From: Chthonomonadales bacterium
GTDB lineage: Bacteria; Armatimonadota; Chthonomonadetes; Chthonomonadales; CAJBBX01
Reading direction: 5' to 3'
NCBI GenBank assembly: GCA_037443035.1
Contig: JBBIPC010000002.1
Coordinates: 96,001 to 160,000, forward strand
Length of the DNA: 64,000 nucleotides
Below, in pieces: positions 1-8,987 of this stretch. Each line of letters starts with the position of its first letter. The first letter of the stretch is position 1. The position numbers were made by a program, and so were the translations under genes. The notes below the pieces were generated by a model. The model was not told the origin of the DNA. It was given only the letters and a program-made list of their open reading frames with translations, and did no database searches.

Positions 1-657
1 ACGGCATGGCTGGGCCTGGGCATCAAGCGGACTGGTACCTATGTGATGTTCGTGGTGGACCTTGTGCTGATCCCGGTTCTGGCGTTCTACTTCGCGGTCG
101 AGAGTCGCCAGTTGAAACATGACTTCGTAGGACTTCTACCCCGCAGGCGACGCCGTGCCGCCTTGCGACTGATTGCCGACTTCAATGCTATCATGTTCAG
201 CTTCGTTGTATGTCAGGCGGTCCTGTGCCTCATCGCGGGTGTCGTGGTAGGTGTAGGCCTGGCGGCTCTGGGCGTACCGTACCCAGTATCCCTGGGAGTG
301 CTGGCGGGACTCACGAGGGCCATACCGATCATCGGACCGATCTTCGGCGGGATACCCATTGTCCTGCTTGCCCTCGCCACCAAGGGCTTAGCCGTGGCTG
401 TGGGCGTGCTGATCTTCTTCAGCATCCTGCATTTCGTCGAGAGCAAGTTCATCATGCCGCTCATGATCGGCGATCGCCTGGAGCTGCACCCGGTAGTCAT
501 CATCGTGGTACTCCTGATCGGTGAGGAGTTCGGCGGACTGCTAGGCATGTTCTTCGCAGCCCCGGTTGCCGCACTGATTCGCGTAGCGCTCCAGCGGTAC
601 TGGTTACCTAGGGCGCAGGGCGCAGCAGACGAGACCTCGCACGTATGTAGTGAGTAG
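1..657 (+). CDS. AI-2E/PerM family membrane transporter (5'-truncated by window edge)
   Basis: Frame 1 is open from position 1. Multiple hydrophobic helices with family-typical IPIIGPIFG, HFVESKFIMPLMIG and LHPVVIIVVLLIG..FGGLLGMFFAAP motifs. Confidence 0.85.
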   Translation, partial: TAWLGLGIKRTGTYVMFVVDLVLIPVLAFYFAVESRQLKHDFVGLLPRRRRRAALRLIADFNAIMFSFVVCQAVLCLIAGVVVGVGLAALGVPYPVSLGVLAGLTRAIPIIGPIFGGIPIVLLALATKGLAVAVGVLIFFSILHFVESKFIMPLMIGDRLELHPVVIIVVLLIGEEFGGLLGMFFAAPVAALIRVALQRYWLPRAQGAADETSHVCSE

Positions 658-668
658 TGGCGGCGCGG

Positions 669-674
669 TATACT
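669..674 (+). promoter_or_regulatory. Possible -10 element (TATACT) for the EPS cluster
   Basis: TATACT in the short intergenic gap about 47 nt upstream of the wzc-like GTG; no convincing -35. Confidence 0.35.
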
Positions 675-720
675 AACTGCTTCGGACTGCAGTAACTAGA
701 CGTGTACGAAAGGTGACGGT

Positions 721-3126
721 GTGGACGAACCCATAACAACCGAGCAAGAACTTACCCTGCGGGACTATGTGAACGTACTCATCAGGCGGCGCTATAGCGT
801 GCTCCTGACGTTTGTGGCTGTCTGCGCCTTGGCCGCTGGGTACACGTGGTTTTCCCGGCCTGTGTACCGAGCTGCATTTCGCATCATTGTCCGGAGCGAA
901 CGCGGCGTAAGGCGCGGCATGGATCTCACGCTGGATACACTCTTCGACCTCAACGCGAGTCGGGACGTGCAGACGCAGATGCAGGTGCTGCAGGGTGCGG
1001 TTCTGCGCGAACAAGTGCGCAAGCAGGCCGGTCTGCCCGAGGGCTCCGTCCGTATGACCGTTCAGCAAATCGGAGACACGGACGCCGTCGATATCTGGGT
1101 GGAGTCCACGAATCGCGAACATGCCGTGCGCTTTGCGAAAACGCTACCTGGGGTGTACCAGAAATACGTCATGGATACGCGCAATAACGCGGTGACACGA
1201 GCCAAGGACTTTGTGTCGAAGCGTCTGGACGAAGAGCGCGCCAAGCTTACGGCAGCAGAGCAGGTCCTGACTTCTTTCCGTCGGCAAGCGAAGGTTGTGG
1301 ATACATCCGCAGAGGGCCAACAGAGCCTATCCTCGTACGCGTCTCTCCAGGGCCGACTGCAGCAAACTGAAGCAGACCTTGCTGGTTCGGAGGCGAAACT
1401 GGCCGACATGCTCCGACTGCGGCAGTCCCTCCCCCAGTTCGTCGAGAAGCCGAGTACAGTGACGAATCAGGCCGAGCGTGCGCTACTTCAAGATCGGATC
1501 ACCGTACTCGAGAATCAGAGAGCGGGGCTTCTGGTGGACTACAAGCCAACCCATCCACGTGTGCTTGCTCTGGACGCGCAGATCAGCGAGTACAAGCAGC
1601 GCCTGGCGAACATACCAGCAACGGTCACTACCGTTACCCGCGACGTCAATCCCGCGATTGCCGAATTGGACGACAAGATCGCGGGTGTTCGAGGCGAAAT
1701 CGCCGCAGCCAAAGTTACGCGCGCTCTGCTCCAGGCGCAGTTGCGCGCTGCGAGAACAGGCATGAGCCGGGTCGCGTCACTGGAGATCGAGGAAGCCCCT
1801 CTGCAGCGCAATGTGGATAGCGCTAGGGAGATGGTCCGGACCCTAACCGGCTATCAGCAGGAGCTCAGCCTGCGTGCTGAATCGGTGGAGAACCCGCTCG
1901 AGGTCGTGACACCTCCGCCGGACACCGCCCGCCAGGTCTTTCCACGTCCGATGGTGAACATGGCCCTGGCCGTTCTGCTCGGACTGATGCTCGGATTGGG
2001 TATCGCCGCCTTGCAGGAGTACTTCGATGACCGCATCAACGCTGGCGACGAGATGCGGAGACTGCTGGGAGCACCTGTCCTCGCAGCCGTCTCGCACATC
2101 GAGGAACCGGAGGCGAGGCTGATCCATGGCAAGCGGCGCGACTCGCAGCTTGTGGAGACATTCCGGATGCTCCGGACCGGCGTCAAGTTCGCTACAGTAG
2201 ATGCTCCAGCCACTTCGCTAGTAGTCACTAGCGCCTTCCCAGGAGAGGGCAAGTCTCTGGTCGCCACTAATCTCGCTACATCACTCGCGCTGAGTGGTGT
2301 CAACGTAATACTCGTAGACACGGACCTGCGCCGGCCCTCCCTGCACGACAAGTTCGACATCAGCCGGGAACCAGGTCTGACGACGGTGCTCATCGACCCC
2401 GACAAGCTGGACGAGGCGCTTCAGGACGTGGGGGTTCCTGGCCTTCGCGTGCTGACGGCGGGTCCGCTTCCTCCGAACCCTCCTGAGCTGCTGGGATCCC
2501 ACGCCATGCGCAACCTTCAGGCGCGCCTGAGCAAGCTGGCAGACGTGGTCATCTACGACTCGCCACCGGTGATGGTAGCGGTGGATGGCCTTGTGCTGTC
2601 CGCCGAAGCTAGCGGAGTGGTGGCCGTTGCCGACCTGGAGCGAGCGCGCAAGTCGGAAGTTCACCGACTGAGCGAGCTGCTGCATCAGGTGAACGCGAAG
2701 CTGTTGGGCGTTGTCCTGAACAAGGTGCCTGTCCAGCGCCGGAGACCTTATGGGTACCGCTACGGCAAGTACGGCTATGGATACGGCAAGTACGGGTACG
2801 GGTATGGCAAGTACGGCTACGGCTACGGCAGCTACGGATATGGGTACGGCTACGGATACGGGTATGGCTACGGCTATGGATACGGCTATGGATACGAGCC
2901 CAAACTCGAAGACGAGAAGAAGGACGGTAGCTACCGTGCGCGGTTCGAGGCCTTGCCCCATCAGCGAGATGACGATCAGCGTGAAGAGCCTGCTCTGCCA
3001 GGGAACGGTGGCAGTCATGGCAGCCAGGAAGACGGAGCGAACCAGAACTCGAACATGAGCGAAACCGCCGGATCGGCGGACAGCCCCAAGGAGCAAGGTG
3101 AGGGTGATAATGCGCAAGCGGCTTGA
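721..3126 (+). CDS. Polysaccharide co-polymerase / BY-kinase (Wzc/GumC-like tyrosine autokinase)
   Basis: N-terminal Wzz-like TM (LRDYVNVLIRRR), coiled-coil periplasmic region with YKPTHPRV, second TM, Walker A SAFPGEGKS, A' DTDLRRP, B YDSPP, C-terminal Tyr cluster. Confidence 0.92.
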   Translation: MDEPITTEQELTLRDYVNVLIRRRYSVLLTFVAVCALAAGYTWFSRPVYRAAFRIIVRSERGVRRGMDLTLDTLFDLNASRDVQTQMQVLQGAVLREQVRKQAGLPEGSVRMTVQQIGDTDAVDIWVESTNREHAVRFAKTLPGVYQKYVMDTRNNAVTRAKDFVSKRLDEERAKLTAAEQVLTSFRRQAKVVDTSAEGQQSLSSYASLQGRLQQTEADLAGSEAKLADMLRLRQSLPQFVEKPSTVTNQAERALLQDRITVLENQRAGLLVDYKPTHPRVLALDAQISEYKQRLANIPATVTTVTRDVNPAIAELDDKIAGVRGEIAAAKVTRALLQAQLRAARTGMSRVASLEIEEAPLQRNVDSAREMVRTLTGYQQELSLRAESVENPLEVVTPPPDTARQVFPRPMVNMALAVLLGLMLGLGIAALQEYFDDRINAGDEMRRLLGAPVLAAVSHIEEPEARLIHGKRRDSQLVETFRMLRTGVKFATVDAPATSLVVTSAFPGEGKSLVATNLATSLALSGVNVILVDTDLRRPSLHDKFDISREPGLTTVLIDPDKLDEALQDVGVPGLRVLTAGPLPPNPPELLGSHAMRNLQARLSKLADVVIYDSPPVMVAVDGLVLSAEASGVVAVADLERARKSEVHRLSELLHQVNAKLLGVVLNKVPVQRRRPYGYRYGKYGYGYGKYGYGYGKYGYGYGSYGYGYGYGYGYGYGYGYGYGYEPKLEDEKKDGSYRARFEALPHQRDDDQREEPALPGNGGSHGSQEDGANQNSNMSETAGSADSPKEQGEGDNAQAA
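2749..2895 (+). repeat. In-frame Gly-Tyr low-complexity repeat (Tyr cluster of BY-kinase)
   Basis: Translates as YGYRYGK-YGYGYGK-YGYGYGK-YGYGYGS-(YG)10-Y: 23 Tyr in 49 codons, with varied synonymous codons. Confidence 0.95.
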
Positions 3127-4285
3127 GACCGTTCTGCTGGGCTTGTCTTGGCTCGTGGTTGCGAGCCTAGTGGCACGCGCGCAGAACACTGCCAGACAGG
3201 CGGATTACGTGCTAGGACCCGATGACGTCATCGAGGTCACGGTGGCAGATCACCCTGAGCTCTCCAAGACGCTGCAGATCATGCCAGATGGCAAGATAGC
3301 GTTCCCCGAGATTGGCGAGCTGCGGGCCGCAGGGAAAACGCCGGCGGCGCTTGCCGCCGATATCAAGGCGGCGCTCGAGAAGCATCGCAACAATGTGAAC
3401 GTTGTCGTGGCAGTCGTGACACCGAAGTCCCAGCGCGTGCGCGTCGTCGGAGCCGTGAAGATGCCCGGAGTCTATGACTTCAGGCGCGGCATGCGTGCCC
3501 TCGACCTCATCGCTCTCGCAGGCGGGCTTACGGCGCGTCCGGCACGGGTACGGGCGAGAGTCCTCAGTACCGATGGGTCCGTCCGCGAAATCAACGTCGC
3601 TGAAGCCATCGAACGCCCAGGCGGCGACGAGAATCCGCCGCTTGCCATAGACGACCTGTTGCTTCTGGATGAAATGGATCCCCTGATGAACAAGGCGTAT
3701 GTGCTTGGGCGCGTCAGTAGGCCCGGTGCCTACGACCTTGGTGATGAAGGCAGGACTCTGCTGTCGGTTCTAGCGGAGGCTGGCAATCCGACCGAGGATG
3801 CGGCGCTGACGCGCTGCACGATCATTCGTGGCAGCTCAGAAATGATCGTGGACCTACTTCCGACGCTCGTGCAGGGCAAGACGGATGATCCGGCTCGCAC
3901 CGTCATGCTGAAGCCCGGCGACATGGTATTCGTTCCCCGCAACGAGGCGCTTGTATCCGTCATGGGCTCAGTGGTGAAGGCCGGTCAGTACCCCCTGAGC
4001 GAGGACAAGCCGACGAACCTCATGGACGTGCTGGGTCTTGCAGGCGGTCCATCGTCGGCAGCCAACCCGCGCGAGGTGAGCATCATTCGGATGGTGAATG
4101 GGCAACCGTCCGTCATCCGCGTCAACTTGGACGAGATAGTGAAGAAGCGGAACTTCGCGGCCAATGTTCCCATGCAGAAGGGTGACATCGTTTTCGTACC
4201 AGCGAAAGGCGCACCCGCGTTCAAGATCACTGATATCGTCGCCCCGTTCAGTGCGCTCTATTATCTCACGCGGATCGGTCAGTAG
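3110..4285 (+). CDS. Polysaccharide export protein (Wza/OPX-like, Poly_export plus SLBB domains)
   Basis: Signal peptide; DYVLGPDDVIEVTV...PDGKIAFPEIGELRAAGKT Poly_export motif; three SLBB repeats (V.G.V..PG.Y, L.PGD.V.VP). ATG at 3110 overlaps the wzc-like 3' end. Confidence 0.9.
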   Translation: MRKRLETVLLGLSWLVVASLVARAQNTARQADYVLGPDDVIEVTVADHPELSKTLQIMPDGKIAFPEIGELRAAGKTPAALAADIKAALEKHRNNVNVVVAVVTPKSQRVRVVGAVKMPGVYDFRRGMRALDLIALAGGLTARPARVRARVLSTDGSVREINVAEAIERPGGDENPPLAIDDLLLLDEMDPLMNKAYVLGRVSRPGAYDLGDEGRTLLSVLAEAGNPTEDAALTRCTIIRGSSEMIVDLLPTLVQGKTDDPARTVMLKPGDMVFVPRNEALVSVMGSVVKAGQYPLSEDKPTNLMDVLGLAGGPSSAANPREVSIIRMVNGQPSVIRVNLDEIVKKRNFAANVPMQKGDIVFVPAKGAPAFKITDIVAPFSALYYLTRIGQ

Positions 4286-4343
4286 AGCCGGATCGGCAGG
4301 ACATGCCGTCAGACCTATCCATCGCATGGGAGGATAGCGCTGT

Positions 4344-5216
4344 GTGAAGGGGATCGTACTCGCAGGCGGCACAGGTTCACGGCTGTACCCGCTGACGTTG
4401 GCCGTCTCCAAGCAGCTCCTGCCGATCTACGATAAGCCGATGATCTACTATCCGCTTGCCACCCTCATGCAGGCGGGTATTCGTGACTTCTTGATCATCT
4501 CGACCCCTCAGGACCTACCCCTGTACCAGCGACTCCTCGGCGACGGCTCCCAATTCGGCGTGTGTTTTCAGTACGCAGCCCAGCCTCAGCCCGAAGGACT
4601 CGCCCAGGCTTTTCTCATCGGGCGCGATTTCGTCGCTGGTGGCCCGGCGGCGCTCATCCTGGGCGACAACCTGTTCTATGGCCAGGGCATTCCTGAACAG
4701 ACGGCTGCGGCTGCGGCGCGCCAAGAAGGGGCGACCATCTTCGGCTATCGCGTGCGCGATGCGCATCGGTACGGTGTCGTCGAATTCGACTCCGAAGGCA
4801 AGGCCATCTCACTGGAGGAGAAGCCTCCGAAGCCCCGTTCGGATTACGCCGTCGTCGGCCTCTATTTCTACGATCACCGCGTGACCGATATCGCCGCTTC
4901 CATCCGTCCATCCGCGAGGGGCGAACTCGAGATTACCGACGTCAACAGGACCTATCTCGAGATGGGTCTCTTGCATGTGGAGAAGCTGGGGCGCGGCACG
5001 GCGTGGCTGGACACAGGCACTCATGCCTCCCTCCTGCAGGCCAGCGCTTTCGTTGAGGCCATCGAAGCGCGTCAGGGTCTGAAGATCGCATGCCTCGAGG
5101 AAATCGCATTCGATCTGGGCTACATTACGGCCGAGGACGTGCTTCGTCAGGCCGACCGCCTCGGCCACACCGAGTACGCAGCCTACCTGCGGCGTCTGAT
5201 CGCCGAGCGGGGCTGA
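4344..5216 (+). CDS. rfbA: Glucose-1-phosphate thymidylyltransferase
   Basis: [65 protein letters not shown] upstream. Confidence 0.97.
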   Translation: MKGIVLAGGTGSRLYPLTLAVSKQLLPIYDKPMIYYPLATLMQAGIRDFLIISTPQDLPLYQRLLGDGSQFGVCFQYAAQPQPEGLAQAFLIGRDFVAGGPAALILGDNLFYGQGIPEQTAAAAARQEGATIFGYRVRDAHRYGVVEFDSEGKAISLEEKPPKPRSDYAVVGLYFYDHRVTDIAASIRPSARGELEITDVNRTYLEMGLLHVEKLGRGTAWLDTGTHASLLQASAFVEAIEARQGLKIACLEEIAFDLGYITAEDVLRQADRLGHTEYAAYLRRLIAERG

Positions 5217-5220
5217 TGCG

Positions 5221-6021
5221 GTGTCATCCCCACCGTCCAATCCCACTGATCCGGTGGCGTTGCCTGCTGCGCACGATCCCAACGGCCCCACGGTCGTGGT
5301 GGTGCCGACACTCGACGAGGCCCCCAATATCCGTGATCTCGTGTGCCGCGTGACCGCAGCCGCTCCGGACGTCCATATTCTCGTGGTGGACGACGACTCT
5401 ACAGACGGTACTGCGGAGCTGGCTGAACAGGCATTCGGCGGACGAACCGGACATCGCGTCCTCAGACGCACCGGTCCGAAGGGCCTCGGTCATGCCTATG
5501 CCGAAGCCTTTGCTCTAGCCCTGGCGGCAGGGTACGAGAATGTGATCCAGATGGACGCAGATCTCTCCCATGATCCGGCGGCAATCCCCTCCTTGCGCGA
5601 AGGTCTGCGACATGCCCACTTGGTCATTGGCTCGCGCTACTGTCCGGGTGGCGGCATTTGCGGATGGGCGCCCCACCGAGTCTGGCTGAGCCGCTTCGCC
5701 AACCTCTATGCGCGAACGATCACTGGACTGGGAGTTGCGGACATCACGGCAGGTTACCGGGCGTGGCGCGCCGAAGCACTGCGAAGGATCGGCGTGGAGA
5801 ACATCCGGTCCGGTGGATACAGCATCCAGGTGGAGACAACGGTGCGCGCCTTCTGCGCCGGACTCCGTATCCAGGAAGTACCCATTGTCTTCACGGACCG
5901 ACGACGAGGCACATCGAAGATGAACCTCCGTGTTCTGCTCGAGTCGGTCCTCATGCCGTGGAAACTGCGAGCATACATCAAGCGACAACAGAGGGAGGAA
6001 CGATGGCGCCGATCCTCGTGA
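5221..6021 (+). CDS. GT2 glycosyltransferase, polyprenol-monophosphomannose synthase (Dpm1/Ppm1)-like
   Basis: [52 protein letters not shown]. Confidence 0.9.
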   Translation: MSSPPSNPTDPVALPAAHDPNGPTVVVVPTLDEAPNIRDLVCRVTAAAPDVHILVVDDDSTDGTAELAEQAFGGRTGHRVLRRTGPKGLGHAYAEAFALALAAGYENVIQMDADLSHDPAAIPSLREGLRHAHLVIGSRYCPGGGICGWAPHRVWLSRFANLYARTITGLGVADITAGYRAWRAEALRRIGVENIRSGGYSIQVETTVRAFCAGLRIQEVPIVFTDRRRGTSKMNLRVLLESVLMPWKLRAYIKRQQREERWRRSS

Positions 6022-7013
6022 CCGGAGCCGCTGGCTTCATTGGGTTTCATACAAGCAATGCGTTGCTCGAGCGTGGCGACGCAGTTGTAGGCGTGGACAA
6101 CCTCAACCCGTATTACGAGGTGTCTTTGAAGGAGGCACGGCTGTCTCTATTGGAGCGTAAGCCGGGGTTCCGGTTCGTGCGCACCGACGTGGCCGACTTG
6201 CAGGCCATGGAACGAGTTTTCGACGAGGCCAAGCCTCGGGCGGTCATCCACCTGGCAGCTCAGGCTGGGGTCCGGTACTCGCTGCAAAATCCCCATGCCT
6301 ACGTCAGCAGCAACCTCGTCGGCTTCATGAACATCCTGGAATGCTGCCGCCATGCCAGCGTCGAGCATCTCGTATATGCCTCGTCCAGCTCGGTATACGG
6401 CGCCAACACGCGCATGCCGTTCTCGGTTCATCACAACGTGGACCACCCCGTCAGCCTCTACGCCGCCACGAAAAAGGCAAACGAGCTCATGGCACATACG
6501 TACAGCCACCTCTATGGCCTGCCCACGACAGGACTCCGCTTTTTCACGGTCTACGGGCCATGGGGGCGGCCTGACATGGCGCTTTTCCTCTTCACTCGCG
6601 CCATTCTCGAAGACAGGCCCATAGATCTCTACAACGAAGGGCGCATGAGGCGGGACTTCACGTATATTGACGACATCGTCGAGGGCGTCTTGCGTACGCT
6701 GGATCGTGTGCCCCAGGGAGACCCGGTTTGGAGTGGTGACCACCCCGATCCAGGTACCAGCCGCGCTCCGTATCGCGTGTACAATATCGGTAACAACCAG
6801 CCAGTCGAGCTTATGGAGTTCGTCGCGGCCCTCGAGGACGCTCTAGGCAAGAAAGCCCAGAAGCGGCTCTTGCCGATGCAACCTGGTGACGTCCCTGCCA
6901 CTTGGGCCGACGTAGACGACCTTATGCGTGATACCGGCTTCCGACCGTCCACTCCCATCGGCGAGGGTATCCGGCGGTTCGTCGCATGGTACCGGGAGTA
7001 TTACGGCGTCTAG
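6003..7013 (+). CDS. NAD-dependent epimerase, UDP-glucuronate 4-epimerase type
   Basis: [31 protein letters not shown] (YxxxK), [15 protein letters not shown]. Start set to ATG 6003 behind a GGAGG RBS. Confidence 0.93.
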   Translation: MAPILVTGAAGFIGFHTSNALLERGDAVVGVDNLNPYYEVSLKEARLSLLERKPGFRFVRTDVADLQAMERVFDEAKPRAVIHLAAQAGVRYSLQNPHAYVSSNLVGFMNILECCRHASVEHLVYASSSSVYGANTRMPFSVHHNVDHPVSLYAATKKANELMAHTYSHLYGLPTTGLRFFTVYGPWGRPDMALFLFTRAILEDRPIDLYNEGRMRRDFTYIDDIVEGVLRTLDRVPQGDPVWSGDHPDPGTSRAPYRVYNIGNNQPVELMEFVAALEDALGKKAQKRLLPMQPGDVPATWADVDDLMRDTGFRPSTPIGEGIRRFVAWYREYYGV

Positions 7014-7062
7014 GTCTCTGCGTCAGATCCAGCGCGGACGGATGTGGAAGGAGGATTGCCAC

Positions 7063-8169
7063 TTGACCGAGCGCGAGCGGTTCCATGCGTGTATGCGGTA
7101 CGAACCCGTGGATGTCGTGCCTCACTGGACGTGGGGCGGGTGGCCAGAAACCATCGAGCGATGGAAGACGGAGGGGTACGACCCTTCCCGCGACGCCATT
7201 GCCCAGGGTGCTTCGGCAGTTCACTGGATCGGTCACTGGTTCTTTCCGCATCCACCTTTCGGGCGACAGGTCATCGAGGAGGACAGTGAGCACATCCTCT
7301 ATGTCAACCACGAGGGCATCCTCATGCGGGAAATGAAGAACAACCCCTACAGCTCGATGCCGCAGTTCGTCAAGTTTCCCGTGACCAACAGAGAGGAGTT
7401 CCGCGCATTCTGGAAGGAACGCATGCGCCCCGACCCTGAGCAAAGAATCGGTCCGAATTGGCGACAGGCTCTCCTGGATCTTCGGGATTCCCAGATTCCC
7501 GTCATCGTCATCTCCGACCGATGGGGCGGGTTCTTCGGACCGCTCCGCAACCTTGTCGGAGTGGAGGCACTTTGCACGCTCTTCTACGACGATCCTGCGT
7601 TCGTGGAGGAGATGATGGACGCGGATGCCGATTTCATTATTGCCATGATGGATCGGATCCTCGAAGTCGCTCCCGTAGACGCTTTCGCATTCTGGGAGGA
7701 CATGGCATACAAGACTGGCCCGCTCCTCACTCCCAAGCTTGCCCGCAAGTTCATGCTTCCCCGATATCGCCGTGTAGTCCAGTTCCTCCGCAGCAGGGGG
7801 GTCGAATGGATCGGTCTCGACAGCGATGGTCGCATCGATAGCCTGATACCAATCTGGCTGGACGCGGGTCTGAATTATCTGTATCCTTTCGAAGTCCAGG
7901 CGGGGATGGACGTCGTCGCTATTCGGCGTACGTACGGCCGCGACCTCAGGATATGGGGTGGAGTTGACAAGCGAGCTGTAGCAGCAGGACCTGCAGCCAT
8001 CGAACGGGAACTGGCGCGCGTGCGACCCCTGATCGAAGAAGGCGGATACATACCAATGCTGGATCACTCGTGCCCACCAGACATCTCGTGGCAGAACTAC
8101 ACCTACTACATGCGACGCCTGCGCGAAGTCTGCGAGGTGCGCAGTCCGCACGAAGGAGAACGACAATGA
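7063..8169 (+). CDS. Uroporphyrinogen decarboxylase (URO-D/MtaA-CmuA) family protein
   Basis: TERERF start, WEDMAYKTGPL, DSDG, IWGGVDK, GGYIPMLDHSCPPD. Likely TTG start behind AAGGAGG. Confidence 0.8.
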   Translation: MTERERFHACMRYEPVDVVPHWTWGGWPETIERWKTEGYDPSRDAIAQGASAVHWIGHWFFPHPPFGRQVIEEDSEHILYVNHEGILMREMKNNPYSSMPQFVKFPVTNREEFRAFWKERMRPDPEQRIGPNWRQALLDLRDSQIPVIVISDRWGGFFGPLRNLVGVEALCTLFYDDPAFVEEMMDADADFIIAMMDRILEVAPVDAFAFWEDMAYKTGPLLTPKLARKFMLPRYRRVVQFLRSRGVEWIGLDSDGRIDSLIPIWLDAGLNYLYPFEVQAGMDVVAIRRTYGRDLRIWGGVDKRAVAAGPAAIERELARVRPLIEEGGYIPMLDHSCPPDISWQNYTYYMRRLREVCEVRSPHEGERQ

Positions 8170-8954
8170 AACGAATGTTGCTAGTTGTTGCTGCAGTCCT
8201 TGTCACCGCCACTGCATTCGCACAGCCAGGTGCCGGAGGGCGCCAGCGACAGGGCGGTATGCGCATACCTGGTATGCGCATGATGGATCGGCCGCTCACC
8301 CTCTCGCAGGTGCCGGCAGCGACGATGAAGGCCGTCTTCAAGCTCACCGCGGATCAGGAAAAGAAGGTGGAAGCCGTCCAGAGCAAGACGTGGGATCGCC
8401 TCCGCGGACTCATGCCGCGGATGCAACCAGGGCAGCGACCCGACCCGAAGGCCTTCGAAGCCCTGCGGCCCAAGTTCGAAGCTGCGTTCAAGAAGGCGGA
8501 TGGTGAGATTCTGGCCATCCTGACTCCTGCCCAGAGAAAGCAGGTTCCCGCCATGCTGAAGGAGATGCAGGCACTTCGTGGCAGCGGGTTGCCGATGTCG
8601 TTGGCAGGTTCGCTGAAGCTCACGTCGGCACAGATCGCCAAGCTCGAAGCCATCGGCAAGGAACGGAGTGCCGCTACGGCAAAGCTTTTCCAGGGCACTC
8701 AGGATCGTATGGCCGCCATGCAGAAAATGGGCGAGATCCGTGACAACGCGCGAAAGAAGGCTCTAGGCGTCCTCAACGCGCAGCAGAAGGCCGCTGTCGA
8801 GAAGTGGGAGAAGGAGCATCCGCGTAGGGGCTTCATGATGGGGGGTCCCGGCATGGGCCGACCAGGTGGCCCAGGCATGGGAGGTCCAGGGATGGGCAGA
8901 CCCGCTGGTCCGGGCAGACCGGGCACACCTGGGGCCGGCAATCGCCGTCGCTAA
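8166..8954 (+). CDS. Secreted helical protein with LTxxQ (Spy/CpxP-like) motifs and Gly-Pro-Met tail
   Basis: Sec signal MKRMLLVVAAVLVTATAFA; LTADQ, LTPAQ, LTSAQ, LNAQQ motifs; C-terminal GGPGMG repeats; ATGA overlap with the upstream gene. Confidence 0.65.
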   Translation: MKRMLLVVAAVLVTATAFAQPGAGGRQRQGGMRIPGMRMMDRPLTLSQVPAATMKAVFKLTADQEKKVEAVQSKTWDRLRGLMPRMQPGQRPDPKAFEALRPKFEAAFKKADGEILAILTPAQRKQVPAMLKEMQALRGSGLPMSLAGSLKLTSAQIAKLEAIGKERSAATAKLFQGTQDRMAAMQKMGEIRDNARKKALGVLNAQQKAAVEKWEKEHPRRGFMMGGPGMGRPGGPGMGGPGMGRPAGPGRPGTPGAGNRRR

Positions 8955-8987
8955 GCGAAGCTTCGAAACCGATCTAGCTCCACGAGC

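Noticed and set aside
2749..2895. CRISPR array or DNA microsatellite
   Set aside because: In-frame coding repeat with synonymous variation and no unique spacers; no cas genes.
5658..6002. 115-aa N-terminal extension of the epimerase
   Set aside because: Overlaps the GT2 gene; the Rossmann motif and RBS place the start at 6003.
6922..8166. 414-aa minus-strand ORF
   Set aside because: Antisense shadow of the URO-D-family gene; no recognisable motifs; expected in high-GC DNA.
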